A stretch of DNA of 64,000 nucleotides. Origin: Marsupella aquatica (lineage: Eukaryota > Plantae > Marchantiophyta). Shown piece after piece: positions 13,500 through 23,980 of the stretch (position 1 is the stretch's first letter; every line of letters starts with the position of its first letter). The notes below the pieces were generated by a model, which worked only from the letters and a program-made list of their open reading frames with translations, did not search any database and had not been told where the DNA came from. The position numbers were made by a program, and so were the translations under genes. The stretch lies in NCBI GenBank assembly GCA_973895155.1, contig OZ316898.1:18549292-18613291 (forward strand). Direction: 5' to 3'.

Positions 13500-14702
13500 T
13501 CAGCAAAATACTTGATGGGCCCCTCTAGGTAAAGATATTCCTCACTAGCCCCTAACTTTTCAAATATATTAGCCTTAGTGTGCCCCTCCTCCCTCTAACC
13601 CTTTCTCAGGACCTGTCATATTCTTTTTAATTAGTTTCCAAATTTACAATTGTAACATAACAGTACAATTATCTACTTCATTCCACCAAATATAATATCT
13701 AGAAGTAACTTTCAGTGTACTCTTGTTTAAAGTAAGTATATATATAACATGTGTACAAAGTATGTAGCCCCTGTCACTTGACGGCCCCTCTAGCTGGCTA
13801 TAAAGTATGTACAAAGTATGTAGCCCCTGTCACTTGATGGGGCCCCTTCAGCTGGTTGTAACATATGTACAAAGTACTTAGCCCCTGTACAAAGTATTCA
13901 GTGGAAGTCTCAGCCCTGTCAGAATGGCAACCATCACAAAATTCAAGGCATGCAAGTACTTGAATGGTGCTCTTAACAAAACTTGTGTCTTAACATCATA
14001 TCCAAAGTACTATGTGAAACATACAAGTGAATGGATTCCTAGCTCATGGAAGAAGCACTTGGCAGATCCCAAAAAAGACAGAGAAGTTGGTTTTGGTCAA
14101 TTAACAAGATTTTTGCATCCACATCCAGAGGATGGTAGTAAAGGGGATCATCGACTGGAAGGGTACGTGAAAAGAGCACTGGCATCTTGCATATAACCTT
14201 TTGCAGCCTGATCCACACTTGTTCCCAATATAAACATAAGTGGTGTGATCCTAACCAAAAGGCATTGCGTAAATTGTTGTTATGTTTAAGTGGCATTGTG
14301 TAAATTGCCTGAAATACTCTACCTGGGTGCTAGTGACATGTAAAAAAAAATATCACAAAAATGACACCAAGGAAATGCTCACGTCTAAGGTCAGGAATAT
14401 TTTCAAAAATGTTTTTGGCAAAGTAGTATCATCAAGTGACAGGGGCTAAATACTTAGTACATAAATTATATACATATTTTCAAACAAGAGTACACTGAAT
14501 TGCTTCTAGACAGTACATCTGATGGACTGACATAGCTAGATAGTTGAATGTACAATATGTTACAATTGAAAAATGGAAAAAATAATATGACAGGTCCTGA
14601 GTAAGGGTTAGAGGGACAAGGGGCCCCATTAAGTATCTCTGAAAAGTGAAAGGCTCGTTAGGAATAACTTTACCTAGAGGGCCCCATCAAGTATTTTGCT
14701 GA
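13500..14702. mobile_element. Non-autonomous DNA transposon with about 280-bp imperfect TIRs
   Basis: TCAGCAAAATACTTGATGGG.. at 13500 is inverted at ..CCCCATCAAGTATTTTGCTGA 14702; 8-bp TSD TTTTGTAT (13492-13499 and 14703-14710); internal tandem GTACAAAGTATGTAGCCCCTGTCACTTGA. Confidence 0.85.
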
Positions 14703-16107
14703 TTTTGTATCTCTCTCCCTTAGTTTCTTGGGAGAGGGGGTGAAAATTGGTGGATGATAACTTTTAATGGGATGATGTTTTTAGTTGTGTTTTCTGAATG
14801 TTAGTGAAGAACAAATCCTTAGTTTCTCAGGTGGAGTACCACCCAACATCAAGCCAATATTGACTCTGACCTGACCTGTCAATTTCAATCCTTGCCTAGC
14901 CTGTTACTCCACTGTCGAAAATCTTCTTGGAAGAAAGAACTCACTGTGTAAGTATGAACTCAACTTTGTTAGCTACAGCAGGTGTCTGGAAATTAATGGA
15001 GCTCCTCAAGGAATGCCATGCTGATCATCGCACATGTTGTAGACGGGTGGAGTAAGTTGCTCTTCATGGGCCTTGCCATGCTCCGAATCTCTCTAGCACA
15101 ACCTGTCATCATTCTCGCTGGGTATATATATATAGGAGTGAAGCTTTGGGTACAAAACTGCGCAATTATCCGACTGCAAACTCTCAGTAGGATATTTCGA
15201 CGGATATTTCAGGGGGACTCATTGAGATATCTTTGAAATTTCATGGTCCTGTAGGAAGTCAACAGAAAATTGATCTGTCCTGGAGCTGTCTATACAAAAT
15301 CTCCGTCCCTGAAAATGGTGTGATAGAGGTCGTTGAGCATGATTATGTCTAAAGATAAAATTATAGCTGAAGGAGTGGGGCTGAACCCCGGGCTGAACTT
15401 ATAGACAGTGAGAGACTTAATTGTGGAAACCTGAACTTTCTGATTGGCTGGAAGTGAGAAAGAGAGGGAACGAGAGAATCGCCATTATGCTGGTCACAAC
15501 TCCTTGTGTCCTGGTTCTCCTATTTCTTGTAGTCATATTTACAAACTCTATCAGCGGAATGCTCGCTTCACTGCAATTGCCAAGAAATACCCCAACAAGG
15601 ATCTACTGGCCCCGCTACTGGCCTGAGTAAAGTCCCTAGCAAGCACAAATACTCTGTTAATGATCCTTCATCTCCAACACTAACATTCTCTCTAGGGCGA
15701 GATGGTAGTCCCATGTTAAGGTTCAGACGGTGCCGTTCTCTAGTTCACTCCCCATGTCACACTTATGACGAGTCCAGTTTTGTTCATGGTTTGGTGATTA
15801 GATGTGCGTACAATCTGGAATAGGGCAAAACCATCGGTTCAAAAGAATTCTCCGCTTCAAAAAAGTCTCTTGCCAACATTGACCAGCATCTCCGTGTTGA
15901 GCAAATCTTTCGTCCGGAATTCCAATGGCAACAGGTGGATTTCTCTAGGCGTTAGAAACACAGTGATGGACCAAACGAGAAGTGTGACCACACTCCTCAT
16001 TTTGCCAGCGGCGAAAAAAGTTTCTAAGGCAAAAAAGCCTTGGATACGGAATTAGTATTCCCACTAAAAACTAGTTTTTCAAATTGAAAAAATGGGAAAA
16101 ATCGACA

Positions 16108-16860
16108 CGAATACGAAGATGGGATACGGCGTATCCCATTTCGGATCCAACCGCGGAATTCCCAACAAAAAAAAAAATGCAGTAAAAGTGCCGATATTGG
16201 TTTACCCGACAAGAATATTCCAAAATGATTCTTCTCAACGGTAACATTTAACCGACTGCGATGCAACTACAGTCAAATACTAACCACGGTCAGTGAGAAA
16301 ACTATAAATAGGAGATCACCGCTTGAGAATTTTACGCTCATTTTTTCTCGCTCTGTATACTCTTACTCTCGATGAATGCACACCGTCTATACAAACTCGT
16401 ATTCCCCGAAAATCAGTTTTGACGAACAGGTGAGAATCTTCCTGAAAATGGCGAGGACGAATCCCAAATGGGATACGGCGTATCCCGTTTGGGATTCAAC
16501 CCTCAAATTTCAAGTTTTCATTTCACATTAGCTAAAAAAGGAGGTTGGATGCAAAGTGGGATACGGGGTATCCCATGTCGCATCCAACCTCCAAATATGA
16601 AGTATCGTAGACTCCAAATATCAAAACCTCAACGTTGAATGCGAAATGGGATACAACGTATCCCATTTGGGATTCACTCTTCAAATGTCCAGTTTGATTT
16701 CTCTTTAGCTAAAAAAGGAGGTTGGATGCAAAGTGGGATACGGGGTATCCCATGTCGCATCCAACCTGCGAAAATGAAGCATCTTAGACTCCAAATGTCA
16801 AAACCTCAACGTTGAATGCGAAATGGGATACGACGTATCCCGTTTGGGATTCACTCTTCA
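16108..16860. repeat. Array of 6 palindromes, GTTGRATGCRAARTGGGATAC-N3-GTATCCCAYYTCGCATYCAAC
   Basis: Copies at about 16108, 16459, 16544, 16634, 16720, 16811; the last five have an 85-90 bp period. Confidence 0.9.
16303..16435 (+). promoter_or_regulatory. TATA promoter, short 5' exon and splice donor inside the element A terminus
   Basis: TATAAATAGGAG at 16303 and CAG/GTGAG at 16427-16434; same TATAAATAGGAG at 18388; inverted counterpart at 55421-55552. Confidence 0.55.
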
Positions 16861-17562
16861 AATGTCCAGTTTTGATTGCCCATGTGGTATTTACCTAGAG
16901 TTTATTTGAATGATGGGAAAAACCTTATGGATTATTGATTGTTTCGCAGGCAAAGTTCAACTAAACTATATGCACTGAAGCTCTTGCTGCCTTTCAGTGA
17001 TCGACACCCACTCAAGCTTAAGCTTTCCTTGAAAAACAAAGTTTTCTCTTGTGAGTCTAATGGCGGTCCAGAATCAAAACCTTGAGAAACATGCTCGTCG
17101 ATTGTATAAGCGATTAGTTGCACTCAAAGTTCTTCGTCCTGGATTAGGCGCGCTATGGACGGGAGGCGTGGATCCACATGATAGTTTGAATCCACTCCGA
17201 ATAGAGTTTTGTGAAAAAAATGAGGACGGAGTTCTGATTCGGTCGAGGATATGTTTGAGTGGTTGTCTGCACTCTGTTAATTCTTCTTGTAACTATTGTT
17301 GTGATGCCCAAAACAAATATCATTGAATGGCATATTTTTGTTGTCGGATTTGGAACAAAGATCCTTGGGTTAACTTATCGCGTTAAATTTTCTTGATTAG
17401 TGTGTAAGTGTTTAGGTGAACGTTCTTGGGTCAAACATTTTGTGAATATATTTTTCTTTTGATCAAAGAAATAAAATCAGTTTTTCCATCACTGTTTTGT
17501 AGGTTGCTGAGAAAGAGCTCACCATCTCATTTATTACTCTAGGTATCCACTCTTATTTTGGA

Positions 17563-18250
17563 ATGGCAGTCACTGAGAACCCTGTCTTTACAAGGTTAGC
17601 GATGTCATTCGACAAAGAGAAGAAACAAATTCAACAAAAAGGTGGCCAAAGGGAATCCGGATTGCTTTTGGATGGACTTCCTGACGAGATTGTTGAAACG
17701 TTCATTTGGCCCATTTTGAAAGTTTGTTGTATAGAGGATGAGTTTGATTCCTCCAAGAACCAAGCTGATGAAAGATTGATGCGATTAAAAACCATGGTGT
17801 GGCTTGGATGCACCTCCAAGAAATGGAACCAGCTCGTAATTTGTACACGAGTCTGGGGTATTCTTAGACTAGCAAAAAGCCAGCTTGAGGAAGTAAATGA
17901 AATGCTGACAAGCATTCCTGATGGAAAACCCCTTCAGAATGTTCATATTGAAGCTTTTGTTAGGATGGAAACACCGAATCTTCCTCCAATCGATTTCTTA
18001 GGTTTATTTTCAAGGTCTGACCTAAATTGATTTCAAGAAGACTAGCACAATCTTGAGAAAGATGAGCAAGCGAGGCTCTTGGAAATGTATGGGGAAGCTT
18101 CTAGTCTGGTTTAGAGCCATCTTGAATAGGCTCTTTGTAAAGACTCTTTTTAAGAATATCAACTTAGTTTATTTTGTGGCACAATTCCGAATGAATAAAG
18201 AGTTTTATGATTACCCTTGCATCAACCCGATTCGCTACGCGTAAAATCTA
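17563..18250 (+). pseudogene. F-box-like cargo gene of element A
   Basis: LLDGLPDEIVETFIWPIL...LGCTSKKWNQLV resembles an F-box with an insertion; in-frame stops follow 18030. Confidence 0.5.
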
Positions 18251-18563
18251 TTTGGTTGAATACAAGGACTTGGGGATATGCCTTATCTCTAGTCCCATCA
18301 AGAGAAAAAAGTATACATAGACATCTGGACTCCAACACATTATCGCCTGTGGAAACCTTATCGCCTGTGGATACGAAGGTGATAAAGTATAAATAGGAGT
18401 GCCTGGTCAGAAAAATTACTCTCATTTCTTTTTCTTCTCAACTTTGTTTGCCTCCGCGTTTTTCTCGGGCCGCAACATCTCTATAGCTTTTCGTATTTGC
18501 TCAAATCGAAACCAAAAAATAGGTAAAAACTGAAGAAACTCTCCCCTCCTCGTTTGGTTAATT

Positions 18564-19040
18564 GTTGAATCCTGAGAGGGATACACCGTATCCCCCTTTG
18601 TATTCAACTCTATTATTTGGCCTTCTTTTCAATGTTGAATACAAGATGGGATACCGCGTATCCCATCTCGCATTGAACACCCTCTTTTTAGTCTTCCATC
18701 CGAACCTCCTCGCTCTTTCTTGACTTTGAATACGAACTAGGATACCTCGTACCCCAATTCGCATTCAACTCCCTCCTTTTTGTGCTTTGCATCAGACTCG
18801 AGGCAATTGTTGAGGTTGGATGCGAAGTGGGATACCGCGTATCCCATTTCGCATTCAAGTCCCTCTTTTTGGTTAATTGCATCAGACTCTGGACATTTGT
18901 TGTTGTTGGATGCGAAGTGGGATACCGCGTATCCCATTTCGCATTCAACTCCCTCTTTTTCGTTCTTTGCATCAGACTTGGCAATTGTTGATGTTGGATG
19001 CGAAGTGGGATACCGCGTATCCCATCTCGCATTCAACTAC
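18564..19040. repeat. Array of 6 GGGATAC-N3-GTATCCC palindromes in a putative 5'-UTR intron (18523-19076)
   Basis: Copies at about 18564, 18634, 18727, 18815, 18905, 18993; flanked by AG/GTAAAA donor and TTTTTCAG acceptor just before ATG 19081. Confidence 0.88.
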
Positions 19041-19080
19041 CTTTGGTCTGGTTCTAAGTGTGTCAATCTTTTTCAGGATC

Positions 19081-21900
19081 ATGTCAAACAAATCAAAGTC
19101 GTCTGGTTCGACCCAGTCTTCACGGACATCCATCGTCGATGAGATTTGGAAGAAAGACCTTTTCACGGAGGAGAAACTCGTGAGGAATAGGTGGTACTTT
19201 AGGGATGCTCGGGCGATGGATATTCACAGAGCCTATGAAGGTCCAGCGGTGTGGTTGGTTATAGTTAAGGGTAAAGACCATTGCCATTATGGATTAGTCG
19301 TGGACACCGGGGAGGCGGATATCACCGACTCAAAAACAAAACAGCTGAAGAAGATTCCAATGTACCTTTGCATTCTTCCGAACAATGCCTTCACTGTTGT
19401 TGTCCTCAACTACGAGAAACTTGATCGGGTCTCGATGAACACATTTCCTGATGACCCGATCTGCCAGCTAATTTCGGAAGTGCCGGATATTGAGGACTTT
19501 TCTTATTGGTGTTTGAAATTTGTCTTGAAGTCTTGGAAGGTTGTTGAGGATTTTACAAAGGTAGCGTATAGGTCCGTTGTTGGAGCCGACTTTGGCGTCA
19601 AAGAGCGGCCTTTGAAGTTGAAAGTGACGAAGCCTACCGATCCGGCTTTGAAGTCAGGGGAGATGTCTGGAACACCTCGACAAAGAAGAAATCTGCCACA
19701 GTTTCTTTTAAGGAACCGGCAAAGAGAAAGCTTGTAGATCAACTCTCCGGGGAAGGTTCTAAAGTAGCGGTGTCAGGAGAAGCTATTGTCAAGAAGAAAT
19801 TGGATCGACGTGACATCCAGAAGCGCGCGCCTTCTGCACCAGGAAGTGTTGTCTCATCTTTGGTCCTACCAATTTCACAGACACCTTCTCAGATTCCTTC
19901 AACTTCGTCAGGTGGGCCTTCTTTATCATCTAGGGGAGCTGTTAAAGAAAAGAAAAATGATTCAACAGATATCACCACAGCTTTGCAGCGGGAAGAGACA
20001 CTTGTGGTTTGTGAAGAAGTGTCTCGGTTGATGGAGACTAAGCGAGTTCAGAAGACAACAATTATTCTGAAAACAACTAACCTGCTTCTTGTTGACGATA
20101 TTGACGACGAGAACTCAACGTTGGTTCGAACAGTCGATCGGTTGCATGTGGAGAACATCAAGACTTTGATGAAAATGAATCCGACAAATTTCACGATGCC
20201 ATTTGTCTTGTTTGTGATCCCCGAAGACTGCCCGACAATGACAGACTAGGACCCAGAAAAGGCAACAAGCTGGAGATATCGAGTGATTGGAGGTAATCAC
20301 GGTGCTCGGGCTAAGAGAGAATTGTATCAGGCTTATGGGAGAGAGATCTTCAATGAACTCCAAGCTTGGGTGTATGCTGGTCTCACAAGGGAGGACATTC
20401 ATAAACTTAGCATCCAACATAATATTGATCAGGAGTACAGGAAAAAAATGAACAACATTGATCAAATCCGAACAATGCATAAGATTTTCATTGCTAGAGG
20501 AATGGCAAAAACCAAGGAGACTAGAGAAGCATGTGCGATGGAGGTTTGCCTCGACGGGTTTTTTCCGGGGGACGCCACAAGCCTGAAGAAGCATGAGCCT
20601 CTCTTCCAAATTGCGTTTAGGCCGGGTAAGGTCTGGGAACTCCAAGACCAGATCTTTGAGATGTGGAACAAGTTGGAGATCAAAGGGCAGAATAAGCAGA
20701 AGTCACCGATCAAGAAACTCAAGAAAGGAAAGGGAAAAGCGCAGTCAATTCCAAAAGCTTTGAATAAGCTTGTAGGGGGCCTTACCTTGACACCTTGGAG
20801 AGCAATCCAAGGAATTGAACACGACCAATTTTTAGAGTCCCTTCTTCTCCGAGTGAAGGACCGGATGATCTCTTTGGAGCAAATGGCAAAAGAAGCCGAG
20901 AGTTACAAGAAACTTGTGAAAATCAGCAAGATTTTTGTTCAGTTGTCAGGGCAGCCAGACTGGGCGACTTGCAAACGAATGTTTCTGAAAGAAACAGAAT
21001 CTGCCAAGCTTGAAAGATGGAGTGGGAAATTGTCCGATGTGGTATGTTCTCCCCTTCCACTGATTGGACTTTAATATTTGTTTCGCCATGTTCGGAGGTT
21101 TTCTTCGTGGATTTCTTGTTGGAATGCGAAGTGGGATACGGGGTATCCCATCTCGGATTCACTTGTGCTTATTTGATGTTGGTGATGTTTCAATGTGGTT
21201 TTTTCTTGGTTGAATGCGAAGTGGGATACGCGGTATCCCATCTCGTATCACTTGTGGTTATTTGACGTTTGTGATTTTCAATGTGGTTTTTGCTTGGTTG
21301 AATTCGAAGTGGGATACGCGGTATCCCATCTCGTATTCAATGTGGTTATTTGACGTTTGTGATGTTTCAATGTGGTTTTTTCTTGGTCAAATGCGAAGTG
21401 GGATACGGGGTATCCCATCTCAGATTCACTTGTGGTTATTTGATGGTGGTGATGTTTGACTGTGGTTTTTGCTTGGTTGAATACGAACTAGGATACGGAG
21501 TATCCCATGTCACATTCGTCATCCAGATTTGATTGTTTGAATTCCTAAATGGTTATCTCCCCATTGTCTTTCCTCCAAACAAGTTTGCGTTTGCAGTTGA
21601 AAGCTTTTTCGAAGAAGAAAGACAAGGATGTAATTGGTGCCGATGCGGTTAAAGCCTACGGAGGAGCTGACTTCGAGTGTTATTCCCCTGGGGTTTAAGA
21701 ATTACGTTCAAGAAGCGATTGAGAACTACAACCGTTGTCGTGGGATTGAAACGGTTGAAGCAGAGTCGAGTGACCATCGATGGAAAAATGCTGACATAAA
21801 TTTTATCAGATATACATTGCATTGTGGAGATGTCAGGGCGCTGGATAAGTTTGTAGAGAAAAGGAATTACACACTTGCAATTGCAGACATTCCTTATGGA
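19081..21900 (+). pseudogene. ParB/Srx-like domain fused to N-terminal part of a beta-class N6A/N4C DNA methyltransferase (element A)
   Basis: LVRTVDRLHVENIK..YRVIGGNHGARA..AWVYAGLT (ParB-like); after intron 21042-21596, YTLHCGDV..YTLAIADIPYG (motif IV, DPPY-like); frameshifts and a TAG at 20247; cut off immediately after DIPYG by element C. Confidence 0.7.
21118..21520. repeat. Array of 5 GGGATAC-N3-GTATCCC palindromes inside the intron of the ParB-MTase gene
   Basis: Copies at about 21118, 21208, 21297, 21386, 21476 (89-90 bp period) between donor GTATGT 21042 and acceptor TTGCAG 21596. Confidence 0.9.
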
Positions 21901-22715
21901 TCACCCTATTCATTAAAACTGGAATTTCTCTAGTCCAGAAGTTGACCTTCAAATTTCTTATTTTACCCCCAAATGTTCTATAACTTGTTCCCCAAAAGCA
22001 TATATTTTAGTGGCCAAATATACACTTTTTGAGGTCTAAAATTACAATTCTAATGCCCAAATTATTAATTAAATAATTCAGTTATCAATTATTAATACTT
22101 ATTAATTAAAAGACAATAAAGTGTTCTTATTATATACAATATAAACAATGAAAAAATAGAATAAGATAATATAATAAATTCAAATGACCCGTGATAACCA
22201 AGTTACACAAACAAGGAAGGTAAACCAGTGATGTATTATAAAAGTAAAAAACCTATTTTTACAGGGTCGAGACCACGTCTGCCCCAATGCAGGCTCTAGA
22301 TGGTTTTGACCGGTTGTTGAATGTATATCAATTACTATGTAAAAATCTATGTCGAGATTATCTCGACCCACATGTAGGGTCCACATAATTTTGGCCCGTT
22401 GTTGAATCTATATCTCTAGCTATTCCCTTTGTATAGGGTCGAGACCCAAATAACCTTTTTCTGAGAACATATCTACAAGTAAAAGAGGATCAACAGCATC
22501 TAGACTCAAATGGATAGTACGCATAGCTTCACTTATTTTTTAGTAAGAATATGTATATCTACAACTCACATTGTAACTGTTCAGTGTAGGGTCGAGATAA
22601 TCTAGACCCAAATCTCATGCTCCTCCACCCCGCAGAATTCATTTGAGCAAGTAAATCTAGACCCTGACGGGTCATATTTCATATCGCGATTGCAGAAATC
22701 GAGAGGCTTCCTATT

Positions 22716-23678
22716 CTAGAACTTCGTGGTGAGGTCCCTACACCTCAAGACTTCCGAAACAAATCCCCGATGATTGTCTCTGTAGGGTCTTGTGTACTGA
22801 TATCCAATTAACGTCTTTGCAAGGTCGTTGATCGTCTCCTCCGTCAATTCCTCCATTGGTGGTAATTGTTGCACTTCATTCTTGACATCCCAAGGAATTT
22901 CGTCCGCTATGACATCCAAGACTATATGGATAACCAAATGAACCCATACCATACTACCCCACCGCTCCGTCAACAACGCATAAATGGCAGCCTGTTGATC
23001 TCTGTCCGCTAAAATATTTATCATAGACCACTTTGGATGATTGATAAAAAGGTAGTGCTGAAGATTGAAGGCATGATACAATTTCCTGAGCATAGGCCAT
23101 AGTATTTCTGGAAAGAATGTATCATCCGTGGAGTGATGCGAAAATGAGGAAGGAAACAACCCACAATTCTCTGGATTCGCAAATGCCTTCATTGGAGTGT
23201 CATCAAGAAGGAGTGTATTAGTTTCGTCGTATAATCCACCATAACGTTTCCAAACCACCCTCAAATCCTTCAAATGAATATTTGCCTTCCCATCGGTAAT
23301 GTCAGGCCTCTGAATTCCAGTATCGAATGTATCTTCTTGTGTGAGAATAAACTTGAATTGCTCTCGCTCTTCTTGACTGAAGATCAAATGAATCATTTCA
23401 TCCGTCCCGGGTTTCCTTGCACAAGTCCAAATGGCAACATCAAATAACAAAAAAGCTGCGATTAAGAACTCGTGAAGATGGGGTCACTCACCATACATAA
23501 AGTTAAACCCTCCACGTCTCCCCCAGTGGACACCCTTGACACTTGTTGCACTATGGCGCGGTCCGGAACTTGGCGTTTTGGCAGAATCCCAACACATTTT
23601 GTTGAGGTCAAGAATCAATAGCTTCCGTCTGATCGGACCGTGAAGTGGAGGCAAGGGTCTGCAAAGAAGGAACACCAA
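22716..23678 (-). pseudogene. FCP1/NIF-family (HAD) CTD-phosphatase-like cargo gene
   Basis: RKLLILDLN..; E*PHLHEFL (in-frame TGA replacing R of RPHL); FDVAIWT; KDLRVVW..NTLLLDDTPMKAFANPEN. Confidence 0.8.
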
Positions 23679-23980
23679 TGTTAGAATTGTGGGAGATAAA
23701 ACAAAGGAATGCTCGAGACGATCTCGAGCATCACAAGTGAATGAACAACAGTCAACGTCATACCTATTGTTGGTTGAAGGTCAGTAGTTGAAGAAATCTC
23801 AGGACATCTTTGGAGATTATTGTTGACACACTCCACAACTGGTAAGGGCCCGCCTATTTCTGTGAAGGTAGACATAAAAATTTAGACGGCTGAATTTCAG
23901 GACTGTTCAAACTAACTTGGGTTTCAACCTCACGTGCTGAAAGACCCAAATTCATCTAGAAGGTTATCTCCTAGTTGGTT

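Larger units (their letters stand above)
15959..21900 (+). mobile_element. Element A: left part of a large DNA transposon with cargo genes (F-box-like; ParB-MTase), truncated at 21900
   Basis: Terminus CACAGTGATGGACCAAACGAGAAGTGTGACCACAC and the next 500+ bp are homologous to the reverse complement of 55300-56048; contains palindrome arrays and two genes. Confidence 0.75.

Noticed and set aside
15959-15965. Terminal CACAGTG identical to the V(D)J RSS heptamer (Transib/RAG-like element)
   Set aside because: No nonamer at 12/23 spacing, no 5-bp TSD and no RAG1/Transib-like ORF; CAC-starting ends occur in several superfamilies.
18688-19142. Overlapping repeat-peptide ORFs on both strands (WDTRYP / CEVGYRVSH), also at 20923-21532
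   Set aside because: They are translations of the palindromic DNA array, not proteins.
16459-21520. Regularly spaced 45-bp palindromic repeats resembling CRISPR arrays
   Set aside because: The spacers resemble each other, the repeats are degenerate and lie in putative introns, there are no cas genes, and the context is eukaryotic.
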